NCBI GenBank assembly: GCA_037379345.1
Contig: CM074518.1
Coordinates: 15,810,001 to 15,874,000 of the forward strand
Direction of reading: 5' to 3'
Source: Perna viridis
Taxonomy: Eukaryota
Length of the DNA: 64,000 bases
The notes under the pieces are model-generated. The model ran no database searches. It had not been told where the DNA came from and saw only the letters and a list, made by a program, of their open reading frames with translations. Position 1 is the stretch's first letter. The number at the start of each line of letters is the position of its first letter. Positions 49,082 to 62,700 of this stretch are shown one piece after another. A program made the translations under genes and the position numbers.

Positions 49082-50127
49082 AAACTTAAAAGAGTGATTG
49101 TGTTTTTGTTACACGTGTAATCTGTTTCAATAAGTATTTATATGGAAAAGTAGTGACGTCTGTATTTCATGTTAAATATTTAAAACTATTAATTACATTA
49201 CTTTCGGCTTTTTAACAATGATATTTTAACAAAACTATACAAAAAAAAGTAGTTGAAACCTATACTCCTATTACTTTATATATAATAGTGACCCTTTCTC
49301 GCCTACAACAAATACCGTTAAAACGGTTACAAAAATATGTGCAAAAAAGTGACACAAAAAAAAAAAAAAACAAACAAACAACAAGGGGAACAAAACAAAA
49401 CAAAAGATAATGGAATGTTACTCGGGAACGATTGAACGGACAGCGCACTAACCGGGGTAAACAATACAATGACGTCAACAAGAAAGGGACAATTCAGATG
49501 GTCATATTGTGACGTGTATGGTTTGAATGGAAAACATTCAGTAGGAAAACCGGAAGCCCCTGCGTAGGAAAATATCTAATTACAGGTGGTTGCTGAGGAA
49601 GCCAATATGGCGGCATTTTTTAGGAAAATTTTGGGACCCACCTTTTTCCAAATTCCCAAACTGTTATTGCTTAGGTAGAAAATCGGATCTGCCTGCTAGA
49701 ATATCATAACATGGGGCATTAGAGAGCCACAACTAGGTCAGTATAAACTCAGTAGAATAAGAATAATCTTTTAATATCTGACTAAAATTGCGTGCCAAAA
49801 ATTAGTAGTTTTTTTTTTATTTGCCAAAAAATCGAAGCGGCTAAGTTTCGTGACTCTCGTAAGGAGTATTCGCAATGAAATCTTATGATTTCAAAGACTT
49901 TAATGAGCCCATAATCGCTTAAATCCCTGAGGTAACATTTTTTGTACCTAATTTGAATATCATCATTTTTTACGAAAATATACGGGATTTGGGGCAGTCA
50001 TGTAAGTAACAATTATTTTCACCTTCTCGTATGGAGTACTTCCATTAAATCATGTCATTTTGTCAATGAGCGTTAGTATCTTCCTCATGGAACTAAATAA
50101 CTTGATTGCACTGAGTTTATCAGTTGT

Positions 50128-50290
50128 CAGTAGCGGATCCAAAGTTAAAGGTGAAGAAGGGGGCAAAAATATTTATTAACAGGATCACTGGTGAGGATCA
50201 TGAAGTAAATGTTTTTTATGACAAAAAAAAAACACAATTTTTCAAATTTTTTTTTCTAACGGGGGCCTGGGCCCCCTGGATCTACCACTG
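50128..50290. mobile_element. MITE with 13-bp imperfect TIRs
   Basis: CAGTAGCGGATCC ... GGATCTACCACTG. Confidence 0.7.
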
Positions 50291-51039
50291 GTTTTGGGTG
50301 CAAGTATTCAGCGAATGGTTAATATTTTTAATGCATTGCATTGCATGAATTTGGATTGTAACGACACACATTTGGCACGAGTAGTGTAAACATGTACATG
50401 TATTTGTAGACACTTAACAGATTTATTTACACGAGTAAAAGTTTATCAAACAGGGCTAAATGTTAGTGTTAATGCATTGATAACATTTTACCAATATTGT
50501 ACATGTACATGATATTTTTCCTTCACTCTCACATATTTTGCAGTTGATTTGGATGCATTTTCCTTTGATCTTTCCAACATAAGCCAAATCTTACACATTT
50601 GCATCTTGAAAGGTTGACAGCCCTGGGTTTTGTAAATTTGTTTGTAATTTTTTATCTCTGCCTTTTCAGATAGAAGGATACAGTCTCTAGGAATGCCAGT
50701 TATCAACTTATCATGCCTGAAATGGTTATACATCTATAATTCTTATCATGAGATTCTTCATGCTGATAGCCATTTTTGATTGGTCGAGAAAGTCGTTGCC
50801 AGAAAGTTCATATATGCATGAACTTCGCCAGATCGATTATACATGCATGAACGTCAGTAAACTTGAAACCAATATGGCGGCCGTGTAGTTTGAAAGAGTG
50901 TGGCAACGAACTGAACGGCATACTATAGCCGTAAGAATTGACGTATCCAAATTAGTCAAGGAACCAACATGTTTTATGAAAAATCTGACATCATATTAAC
51001 AAACAACAGGAAACTATGCATTAGAACACTAAATTTTTC

Positions 51040-53491
51040 AACAGGAATTATTGAGTGCCATAATATGATCTGTACAGTTATCAATAACTCTATTCCTGTC
51101 CAAAAAAACAGAAAATAAACTATAGAAGTTTCCGAACACTAGATATCAATGCGTTAAATGAAGATATTGCAAATATCCATAAACCAACCTACCAAGTACC
51201 AACATAAATGAGTGTTATGAATCTTTTGAAAATAAACTGTCAACCATTTTTGACAAACATGCTCCTATAAAAACAATGTACAGGAAGCAGAATCAGGTTC
51301 CTTATATGAACAGGGAATTGCGGAAGGCAATCTATGACAAGAAGATGTATTTACCAAATATTAAATAATAAAAATTCTAAAACATGGGAACAGTGTAGAA
51401 TTAGACGAAATCTTGTTAACAAACTAAAACGTAAATCAGAGAATAAGTATTTTTTTAGAACGATGCACTGGAGGATGTAAACAAAAGGATTTCTGGCAAA
51501 CTACAAAGCTTTATTTTTCAAAGAAATGTAAAAGCTCAGATTCAAAAATTTTTCTGCAAGAAAATGAAAATGTTATTTCAAAACATGAAGAGGTGTCAGA
51601 AGTTTTTAATACTTTCTTTGTAAACGTATCCAAAGATATTGGAAAAGATTACAATTTTGACAAAGATAATAATCCTACATGTGGTTTGGAGAAAACTGAA
51701 GATAAAATGTTTCAGAAAAATTGTTTTACTTTTCAACCCACCAGTGAGGAAAAAGTAGCCAAAATTATAAGCATATTTGATACAAAAAAGGCTACAGGTG
51801 TTGATACAATTTCTGTAAAATTGATAAAATGTTGCAGTTCATCAATTATAAAACCAATTACTGATATGATCAATTTTTCTATAGAAACTAGTTCTTATCC
51901 AGACAGGCTAAAGGAAGCACAGGTTATACCTATCTACAAAAAAGCTATCTTTTCCCGAAAAATAACTATAGACCTGTCAGTATTTTCCCCAATCCTTTTA
52001 AACTTTTTGAAAAAGTGCTGGCAGAGCAACTCTCAAATTTCTTCGAAAATATATCTGATAGTTTTTGTGTGCATTCAGGAAAGGACATGGCTGGCAAACA
52101 ACTCTGTTAAAACTTTTGCAAGATTGGAAACTTGCTTTGGAACGAAATCACTTTTTGGCTGCTATTCTTATAGATTTATCTAAAGTTTTTGACTGCCTTC
52201 CCCACAATATTTTGATATGTAAACTGTCGTCTTATGGCCTGTCTGAAGAAGCCTGTAATCTACTTTCATCTTATTTATCAAGTAGAAAACAACAAATGAA
52301 GATAGGTGGTATTGTAAGCCAATGGGCAGATATTGAAAAAGGTGTACCCCCAGGAATCAATAATGGGGCCTTTAGTATTTAAAATATTTATCAATGACAT
52401 TTTTTATTTCATTGGGTAATCTTTATAATTATGTAGATGACAATACTTTAACGTACTGTTCTTCTAGTTATGATGATCTTGTAAATGTTTTAGATTGATT
52501 AGTTTCATGTTAACTGCATGCAGGCTAACCCTGAAAAATTTCAGACGATTGCTGTAGGTAAAAAGTATGCTAAAAGGTCTCCTAGTCATCACTACAGAAG
52601 TTTTATGGTCGTTATCATGAACTCGTGGATCGTTATGGTGTATCCATCAGCACCATGAAAACTGATTTATTCAACAGGTCATAGTTTTCCTTCCCTCGTT
52701 TGTCTACCCCGAACTTGACTTTTTATGAGCAACTCGGCGGATGTTTCTAGAAAAGCCGAGGACGCTTAACCTACCGGTGCACCTGGTCCATGCTCCCAGT
52801 TTTTAGTGGATTCCGAGTTGCTCATTTGCTTTTGTTACTTTGTATGTATGATTTTAGTTACTTTATGTTCTTTGTTTTGTATGTGTTTTCCATGTCTGGT
52901 CTTTGTCCCTGGGTTACATTCTTTTGATTACCGCTATAACCTTGGTTCCCTTGATTACTCTTTTAGAATTTGTGATATTAATGTGACATGTGAAGAGACA
53001 GTCAAACTCCTAGGAGATGATATAGATTTTATGTTAAATTTTGATAGTCTTATTAAAACTATTTGTACAATAGCTGTACAACAGCTGACAATTTTGAAGA
53101 GAGTTGGTAGAAATCTTTGTAAACTAAGAAGACTTACTATTTTACATACATTTATATTGTCAAATATTGGAAAAAAAAACTGCTCCTATGTTGCCTGTGA
53201 AACATGATTTGTGTTACCATGACTGAAGCAGCGCACCTAAATCCTATTGTTCTCGGTGTGGTACTGCTTGCTTTGCATTTAATTTGCTTATAAGTGCTTG
53301 TAAATGTCTTAATTTGTCTTCGTCATATTTTATTTGTTTCTCGTTTTATGTATTGTCTTACATGTATGCATGCATTCACTGTTTTATTATTCACTTTATG
53401 TCGGTTATAAAAGCTCTTTAAGAGCTTATGTTGTTTTGTTACATAACTTGCCGACTTTAAATAAAGCTTATTTGATTTGAATTTGATTTGA
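51040..53491 (+). mobile_element. L2/Crack-like LINE, 5'-truncated and decayed, interrupted by a PLE
   Basis: DKHAP, KKATGVDTI, NYRPVS, DLSKVFDCLPH, GVP.G, YVDDNT, QANPEKFQ, VKLLG. 3' AATAAA + (ATTTG)n tail. Confidence 0.85.
52583..52960 (+). mobile_element. Young PLE 3' fragment nested in the L2-like LINE
   Basis: Near-identical to 39151-39528. Removing it restores KRSPSFRICDINVTCEETVKLLG. Confidence 0.92.
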
Positions 53492-54166
53492 AGAATAGTT
53501 TATTACATGCACGTTGATTTTACGGGACAAGTTTGTTTACAGAGAGTAATTTTCAGCTCGGGGAAAGAAACTTATAACTGAGTCTGACTGAACTCTTGAA
53601 AACACCTTGTTGTAATTTTCCTTAATCATTATATTCCTGTTGAATTGTTTACATCAGGTGACTGTTGAATTGAGTTGTAAGGATTGAACAGATATTTTCA
53701 GCCGTTCATTGAGTTTGGAAGCTCCGACATCCGTTCATACATGCATGAACGGCCAAAAAATAGCTGTTCAATCCTATAGTTAAACCTTTATTTTTAATAT
53801 GAACTGTATTGGTTTGCAGTGTAAATGCTACTTTAAATATGAAATTCACAGCACATGGAATGTTGTTATTGACCAGTTTCCTTGCATTAGTTTTTTTTTT
53901 GTTATGTTTAATCTAATTTTTTTCTTCACACTAATTAGTTCTTCCTGTATTGTTTGAAAGTGGGTCACACAGTGGCAAATTTGTAGACACTAAACAGATT
54001 TATTTACTCCAGTAAAAGTTTGTCAAACAGAGTAAAATGTTAGTGTCTTGTCACCTTCCCCGAATAAAAAGATAATGATAGTTCCCTAAAGACTAAAAAC
54101 TATATTTTATTGATTAATCCTTTTTTGTAAGATATTTCTTTATATTTTGCACCAAACTGAAATATA

Positions 54167-57100
54167 GTTTAAACATATTTATTCAGTCAAATACATTTCT
54201 GTTTGAATTTTTTACACAGTACAATAATACACACTGGATCAGGAAACAAGCAAAGCTTATATTAATCCATCTCCTTATAAAGTATGACAATTATAATATT
54301 TTATAACATAATTCGATGCTCTGTGTACGAATTTACTAAAACGATGAATTGTGGGAAGCTAATGGATAGTGTTGAGGTAGTATGGAATACAGAGGATAAA
54401 ATTTAACAATATGAAATGAACAAAAAATGTAGAAAAAGAAAAAAACAAAAAGTTAACAAGAAAATTAATTCAATATTAATCATATAAATGATATTAAATA
54501 TTTTTTTTAAATAATGCGTGAAGTTGAAGTGCATATCAAGTGAACCGTTTGCTGTCAATGATATACATGTGGACTTGTAAGAATAATAGTTTGTTTTGGT
54601 CATCTGAAAGATCAGCAGAGCCGAATAGTAGAGTGTGTTCGTCGAAAGTAATCTGGAAGGAAAGAGACGAAAACGTGTCGACTCTAAGCTGACTATAACG
54701 ATTGCATCTGAGTAAATAATGGGAAGTGGATTCAATATTTTTACATGCGCAGTTAGGTGAATCGACCAGGTAGCGAACGAATAGGTGTTCACGGAGCGAA
54801 ATTCATACGTAGACGAGCGTGTAGAACCTGTCCTTTACGGCAACCGGCGTAAAATATGTCGGACGTTTCTTTGTGTTCTTATTTACATGTTTTTTAAAAA
54901 AACATAAGGAGCATCGATGTTACGGATATCAGAAGGAAGATTGTTCCACGATTTGGTGGTAGAAGGTACAAATAATTGGCGAAGAACTGAGTTCTTACTC
55001 GAGGTTCGGATATGTGATAAGCCTGACGAGTATTATGATTGTGACGGTTGCCAACAAGAATAAGAACCATATTTTGTAAATATAATGGTGCGATACCATT
55101 AACCATTTTATGGAATATAACTTATTTATGCCCTTCACGTCTAGTGGCTAAGCGTTTCCAACCAATCTCTTCGTAGAGCTTCTGCAGAGACGTTTTGTGC
55201 CACCCGTCACTATTCTAGTTGCCTCCAGTTGAACCGATTCGATTTTATTTATAAGTCCTATGTTGCTATTATCCCACACGACATCTCCGTATTCGAGTAT
55301 CGGTCGTATGTAGGGCATATAAATGGTTTCTAGTGAGAACCTGTCAAGCAAAAATATGTATTTTCTAAGGATGTTTAATCATGCCACGACCCGTTATTTG
55401 ATATAGTGATGCCAAGATGTTTATGATTGACAACTTCTTGTATAGGTACAGTGTGCATCTGGAGTACTAGATGGATAGGTTTGGATACTTTACGTGAAAT
55501 CGTCATAGTCTTGGGTTTTTTTGGGGGATTGAAAGTAACCAACCAGTTTTGGGCCCAATTATGGACAGCATCTAGATCAGAGTTTAGCCTTTCGGTCGAC
55601 AATACTGGAGTATCAACAATAAGAAAAAATACTAGTTTTATCCGCAAAAAGCCTCACTTCGGCTTGAATTACCTCGATGATGTCATTTATAAATAAAATA
55701 AAGAGCAAGCGTCCTAAAATAGAACCTTGCGGAACACCCGCGTTTATATCCACGCAGTCTGAATTAGACCCGTTTAATACAACACGTTGGCATCCGCCAG
55801 ACAAGTAATTCTCTGTCCATTTTAAAAACTCCCCCGAGAAGCCATAGTTTTGACTCTTGAAAATAAATCCTTTGTGCCAAACACGATCAAAAGCTTTATT
55901 GATATCACAGAAAACAACCCTGAACTCCTTTACGCAGTCAAGTGCAATCCCAATTTCATTTGAGATATTTACCTATTGCTTAACCGCCGAGTCGCCACGA
56001 GTGAATCCAGACTGGTACGGTGTAATGACAGCATTGTCCAACAAAAAGTTGTGCATGTATTTATAAACACATCATTCCATACATTTTGACATGACACATA
56101 ATAAAGAAATAGGTCTGTAGTTCTTTATATTACTTGGTGCTCCTTGCTTAAAGACTGGAGTCACGTTTGCTCTTTTCCAAGAAGATGGAAAAGTTCCTAA
56201 TGTCAAAGATAGGTTAAATAGTTTACATAAAGGGTAAGTACGTTCGCGAGCAGCTTCCTTTAACAGACGCGGATTTATCAAGTCAGGTCCGGAAGCTTTT
56301 GATGCGTTTAATATAGATAGTACACCATTAACGTCGCGCTCGTTTATTATAATGTTGTCAAGCTTTTGTGGTCCGTTAAGAGGTAATTCTGGTAAAGTGG
56401 CATTAGTATCGTCTAATGCAGACTGTAAAGCAAAATATTCGTTGAACATGTTCGATTTTTCGAGTTCATTGAAAATAAGATTATCATCTCTCACTAAAGG
56501 AGGAATACCCGAGTGGGAAGATTTCATGCCCGTTATAATATTGCATGTCTTCCACCAAGAACGAGACGAAGATTTGACCTCAGATAAATTATTAATCATT
56601 TTTTTTTGTATAATCGATCCGAGATTTACGAATAAGATCTGTTTTTTCATTGCGAATTGTACGAAACTTTTCCCAATCGCCAGGATTTTTGTACGTGTTG
56701 CTTTTTTATGGATCCTATTTTTCTGTCGAATGCGTCGGCGAATATTACAAGTAAGCCATCGCGGCTCGTCCTTACGAACATTTACGATCCGACTAGGTAT
56801 TGTTTCCTGAGCCGCTTCTAGAAAGCAATCACTTATATCAATCGTTGTCTTGTTGATGTCATTATTGTGAAAAAAATACGTCCCAGTCAACAGGAGATAA
56901 TTTCATGCGGTATTCCGAATAATCACCTTGATTATATAACCAAACTTCCCGCTGAGATGTTTTATGGATACTCTTCTCACAATTTAGAAATCCGACAACA
57001 GGACAATATCTGACTTGGTTCAATAATGGTGGACCTACAGCTGTGTAAGGAACAAAATTCACGTTGTAAGTTAAAATAAGATCGATAGTCGAAGAAGAGT

Positions 57101-57960
57101 GTTCAGAAAAGTTAGTTGGCTCGTCAATTAATTGACTAAGATTATAGCGTGATAAAATATTATTGAGCTTCGAGTTATTTGGGTTTTGTTGATTGTCATT
57201 AAAATCACCGGTAAGTATTACGTAGTCAATACTTGCGACATCGCTCGCTGCCTCGATAGAGTTATCGACAAGACTCCGCGTATATAAGACCGTCTACCCC
57301 TTAATTTTGAGCTGAACCCACAAAGCTTCTAAATGTTCGGATTCTAAGTCCGGTCGTCTAGTAGAATGGATATCATTATTGACATATACGATAACGCCTC
57401 CTCCATTCTTATGGAGTCCTCTATCTCTACGGAATGGGTTTTGAAAATTTTGAAGCTTTACGGAATTATCGGAATGGTTGGTATTTAGCCATGTCTCAGT
57501 AAAGGACGGTATATCAAAGTCAGCATATTCCACACTAATACGATCAAGTTTTGGATACAGACGTTGGACGTTCAAGTGAAGAAATGACACTTCAGACGAC
57601 AATGTTTCAAACATACTTGAATCATCTGGTGAACTACCAGAATCATTAGTTGATAACCGAGGAGGTCCCGGGAACTATAAATAGGACGAAACCGATACAA
57701 ACCGAGGTACAGAAATTCGAATTTGAAACTTGATTTATGCGCGCATTTGTATTTTCCGATACGCAGCGAGTACGATTTGATAGATAAAAAAAGCGAAAAA
57801 CAACACGACGACACTAACGGCTTTTCCTCTATCTTTAGAAAACAATAGCATGTAAATACAGTATAATTCAATCAGATGTAGAACATGTTTTTTACGTGCA
57901 TGAAACTTTGCATGAAACAGGCCAACTCTCTGTCTATATTCATCAATTCCTATCATGTCA
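54167..57960 (-). mobile_element. Near-full-length decayed CR1-like LINE (EN + RT)
   Basis: HLNVQ, FTETWL, GGGV, TGDFN (EN). KASGPD, NYRPISLL, DINKAFDRVWH, GVPQGSILG, LFAD (RT). 3' AATAAATATGTTTAAAC. Confidence 0.9.
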
Positions 57961-59272
57961 ACTGATTGTGATTGGTCAACTGAAATATAGAAGGCAATGA
58001 AAGGAAGAAAAGGCTTATATGTATTTTCATTAATGTGCCCCTCTTAAACCATGCTAGCAAGTTATATACATGAACAACTAACTAAGGCGCCTTATCCTAT
58101 TTGAGGGATAAAAGGTTTTGGATAACGGCTGCAATTAACAATTTAACAATTGGATTTTTTCCATCCTTAGGTCTCCCTCTAACTACTATATATCTCACTG
58201 ATAGTTATTTTTTTCTTAATGATTATCTCAACTTCTGTGACCTTTTATTACAAATTAAAAGTTGTGAGAATAAATGCATAGCACAAACATTTACACATCT
58301 TTTCGCAATTATTATACAATAAGGGGAAACCTGACTGACATCTGCACTGCATCGTTAGTTCCTCTTATCAAATGAAATTTACATGCAGATGTTGGTGGTA
58401 TTCCATACATAAAACCTTTTTGCTAATAGTTTTCCTAGCAAAATTGAATGCATATTGTGTTTGATTAACTGAAAGATTTAAAGATGTCAGTAATATAATA
58501 ATTATATACGTAATCTTTGTCTGAACAACTAGAGAGTTTGTTTACAACAAAGTTGTTCATAATAATACACAATTACTGGTATAACATGTATGTACAAGTT
58601 AGCAACTGATAGATTTTAGAGGTGTGCATGATACATTTACATATAGGCTCTGCGTTTTGTTCTAATATATTGACATACATGTACATTTACAGTTCTTGTT
58701 TATAATGGCAACTTGAATATTGGCCCTCAATATAGTTGCTGCAACTGAATTAGTATGAGAACAGTATAATGACGTGACCTTTTAAAGTTTTTAATACAAC
58801 AATTTGATATTTGTTATACATGTACAGGTCATTTATAAGTCTGCATCAAGGTCATTCATTGTCCCTTGTCTTTGCTAAGTTCCATGCTGACTGAGACATG
58901 TACATGTTTACCTACATGCAACCCTTGGAATGTGCTCCCTTCATTTGATGTAAGCATTTCCAAAAATTTACCGAAAATTTGTTGTATCCCTGAAAAAAGT
59001 AGAAAAAAAATACTTATCACATATACATATAAAATATATTAAAAACTACATGCATATGCATACCAAGTCTTTGCCAAAGGGTTAAGTTTGGGCAGGAAGA
59101 ATAATAAATAAGTTTATTTTAGTTTTTTGTTTTGAATTATCATTGTTACAAAGGAATGTAAAACAGATAACTATATTCAGAACTTTGTAATATTAAAGGT
59201 GAAAGTAATAAAACCTATCAAGTTCCTTTTATTATGCGAAATATCAGTCAGATATATCTAAACACAAAACAG

Positions 59273-62200
59273 TTACATGTTCAATCGAATCAACTCGGTA
59301 ATTGGACGAACATAAGTCCTTAGTTGACCATCTCTCATCACACTCAATTGCACTTTACGGACAAGTCCATCAGTTCCAGGAAAAGTATTTTCGATAATAC
59401 CAATTGGCCAGTAATTGGGATGGAGATCATTTTCCTTAAGAAATACGACATCTTTCACCTGAATGTCTGAATGACAAAACACATACAGATTCTTGATCGG
59501 ATGAAATTGGTACAAGCGGTCGAGCGTTCACAATAGCCATTGTTTCGGCAATAAATGTCACTAAAACTTCATGAGTTTGTAGTGTCTTGAATCGAAGAGG
59601 ATGTTGTCGAGAATATGTCTACAAATCCCAATTAAGCGTTCCAATGAACCTCCCACATGAGATGAGTATGGAGTGTTAAAGTTCCAAAGAATATCTTGAT
59701 AGTTAAGAGAGTGATTCAACACATTGTCCTCTGCAAATACAGCTTTAAGACCAAGTTTGTTAGCAGCTCCCACAAAATTGGTTCCTCTATCTGAATACAA
59801 TTGTTTGACAGGCCCACGAAATACTATGAAAGGTCGTTTAGCATTTATTAATGAATCAGTATTCATTTCTTCGACTACCTCAAAATGAACAGCTCTGCTT
59901 GACATACATACAAAAATAACTGCCCAAAGGTTTGAATTTAGAGATCCACCACGCGTAGGCCTGGTTACTATATTCCAGGGCCTGAAACAATCTATACCCA
60001 CATAAGTAAATGGTGGACATGGTTGAAGTCTCAACTCAGGCAAATCGGCCAGCCATCTTTTGGGAAGCACATTTTCCTCGAAACCTCTGACAATGAACAC
60101 AATTTGATGGTAAAAAACTCATCAATCGTTTCAAACTAGTAATCCAGAATCCAGAAGTTCTGATAGAGCCTTCCGTTATGTGTCCACCCTGATTATGTGT
60201 CAGTCTGGGGAAATGGAGCACAAGAAGCTTCGCAATATGATGAGAGCCAGGAATAAGTACAGGATGCCTTAAACTTGGAGATAAAGCAGAGTTCCAACCT
60301 TCCTCCAACTCTGAGAATTCACGACGGATCAAGAAATGGATCAAGTTTGAGAATCTTACTAGTTTTAGGAATAGCAACCCCGTCACTAAGATTTTGAATC
60401 TCTGATTCATAACTTTCGAGCTGAACTTGTCGAATAATGAACGCTTCAGTTTCTTTTCTTAAATCCATTTCAGAACCACCAGAAGTTTCAAAGGAATCAT
60501 CTAATTTACACTAAGACTTTGCTTTCCTTTTAACCTTTTGACTTTTTATGATCAACTCGGCGGGTGTTTCTAGAAAAACACAGGACGCTTACCCTATCGG
60601 TACACCTGGCCCATGCTCCCAGTTTTTAGTGGAGTCCGAGTTGCTCATTTGCTTTTGTTACTTTGTATGTATGATTTTAGTTACTTTATGTTCTTTGTTG
60701 TGTGTGTCTGTTTTCCATGTCTAGTCTTTGTCCCTGGATTACATTCTTTTGATTGCCGCTATAACCTTGGTTCCCTTGATTACTCTTTTAAGAGGGACGA
60801 TAGCTCTCACTAGAGATTTCGTGAATGAAAAACGTTCAAAACGATGAGATTCTAAAAGGGGCTCTGAAATCTGAGTCTGACAAGAAGTCACGTTTTGTCG
60901 AAGTTCTTTGTAAATTTCAGGTGAAACTAATAGAAAGTTTATATTTTCAGTTGAATGTTCCCTGAGAAATAATGCAGGTGGCTTTTTCCACTGAGATACA
61001 TGATCTACATCTGGATTACTGATGAAACGAGTTCCCAAATCAGCGGGATTGAAATTGGTAGGTATGAAAGACCATTGAGAGGGTGTTGAAACCTTGTGGA
61101 TTATTCCAACTCAATTGCTGACATATGTGAAAAACCTTCTAGTAGTGTTACAAATAAAGCCAATGCTGCTATCAGTATAATAATGGCAAACACTTTGATC
61201 AAGATCCATGTAAGAACAAAAAGAATTACTCGGTAGCCAAAACAGCTCCATAGAGCTCAAGTCTAGGAATAGTGTGACCCTTAAGAGGCGCTAGCTTTGA
61301 TTTTGCCATAGGAAATCCAACAGAAACGGATCCTGCTTGGTCAACATACTTCAAAAAGTCAATAGCTGAGATGGCTTTCTCGGACGCGTCAGAGAAAATG
61401 TGAATTTCAATGTTCTTTGTTAATGATATCGAAGTCGGAATAATCATTCTAAGAATTCGAAGAATTCCAATTGAGGTCAAAACTCTATACCATGTGTTCC
61501 ATTTTAACTCGTATTCTGGTGACAGTGGATCATTCCAGTCAGTTCCTGGTGGAACTATTTCCCTTAGCAAAATCTTGCCACTGATGACAAGTTGTGATAT
61601 AAAGCTTAACGGGTCAAAGAGACTATTGATAGTTGAAAGTATGCCTCTACGGGTAATTGGCTTCTCATCATCATTTACACTGAATATAAACATGTCAGAA
61701 TTGAGGTCCTATGAAATTCCCAAGCTTTGTTGAGTCGGCAATAAATCCGAAGTTAAGTCTTTTAAGTCTTTAACAAGATCATCAGATGAAAACGTGTTCA
61801 TTACCTCAACATTGTTTGAAATAGTTTTATGGAATCGAATTTTGCCATTTTGATGTAAACACTTCTGAGTTCCATGGAACAGACTGATAACATCGGACTC
61901 ATTAGCTACAGACGTGAGGCCGTCGTTAACATAGAAACTGTCACATACGAAAGACCGTACATCATTATCCGAGTCTTCCACTGCCTTTCGTAGGCCGTAT
62001 GTGGCGACTGAAGAAGACGGGTTGTTCCGAAATACATGTACAGTCATTCTGTTTTTTATTAACCGTTTCAAATAATCATTGTTCTCATACCAAAAGAACC
62101 TTAAGAAATTGCGATGATTTTCCGACACGCGAAACTGGGAGAACATCTGTTCTATGTCTCCTGTAAAGACTACTGAATTCTTTCTGAAGCGCATAAGAAC

Positions 62201-62700
62201 CCCAACTAAACTGTTTGTAAGGTCTTGGCTAGATACTAATACTTCATTAAGCGATGTGCCTTCAAAAACTGCTGATGAGTCACAGACTCCACGTATTTGT
62301 CCCGGCTTTTTGTAGTGGTACACTTAAAATAACGGTAAATACCAACATTCGCTACCATTGGGAAGTTCAGGTGTTATCTCTGCTGCGCTACTAGCAAAAC
62401 CCTTACTCATAAACGTTTTGAAGTGTTCTGCTTTAACAGAGTCTTTCTGAAGACTAGTATCTAGAATAGGTGCACGTTTAAAGGCTTGTTGTTGATTGTT
62501 GTCTTCGAATTTCGAAAAGGCAGAGGTGCAGACCAGTGCCCAGTTTCATCCGTAACGAATTCATCTTACATCAAATTGAGAAACCGTTTATCCTCAACTA
62601 TTTCTTTCCTTGATACCTTTATATTCTCCATCACCTTTCTCACAGTACCCAAACACTGGTTGAAATGTTCGTTGAAATCCTCTAGTAGTCGCATAGAATC
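59273..62700 (-). mobile_element. BEL/Pao LTR retrotransposon pol (RT, RNase H, integrase), decayed; LTRs not identified
   Basis: WYLPLF.V.HYKKPGQIR, DIEQMF.Q, FYV.DGL, TRRGILS..FDPL, HIFSDAS, KSKLAP..TIPRLEL, YSDRGTNFVGA, RPITELI. Confidence 0.9.
60538..60785 (+). mobile_element. Young PLE 3' UTR fragment nested in BEL/Pao
   Basis: Family 3' UTR flanked by CTTTTAA on both sides (putative 7-bp target-site duplication). Confidence 0.9.

Larger units (their letters stand above)
50734..53779. mobile_element. Non-autonomous DNA element (possibly Crypton-like) split by a nested LINE
   Basis: CTATA...TATAG termini. Near-palindromes GTTCATATATGCATGAAC (~50806) and GTTCATACATGCATGAAC (~53733) near the two ends. 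Confidence 0.4.

Noticed and set aside
58100-59270. LTR of the BEL/Pao element
   Set aside because: No matching second repeat found at 62700-64000 and no clear PPT/TG...CA boundaries.
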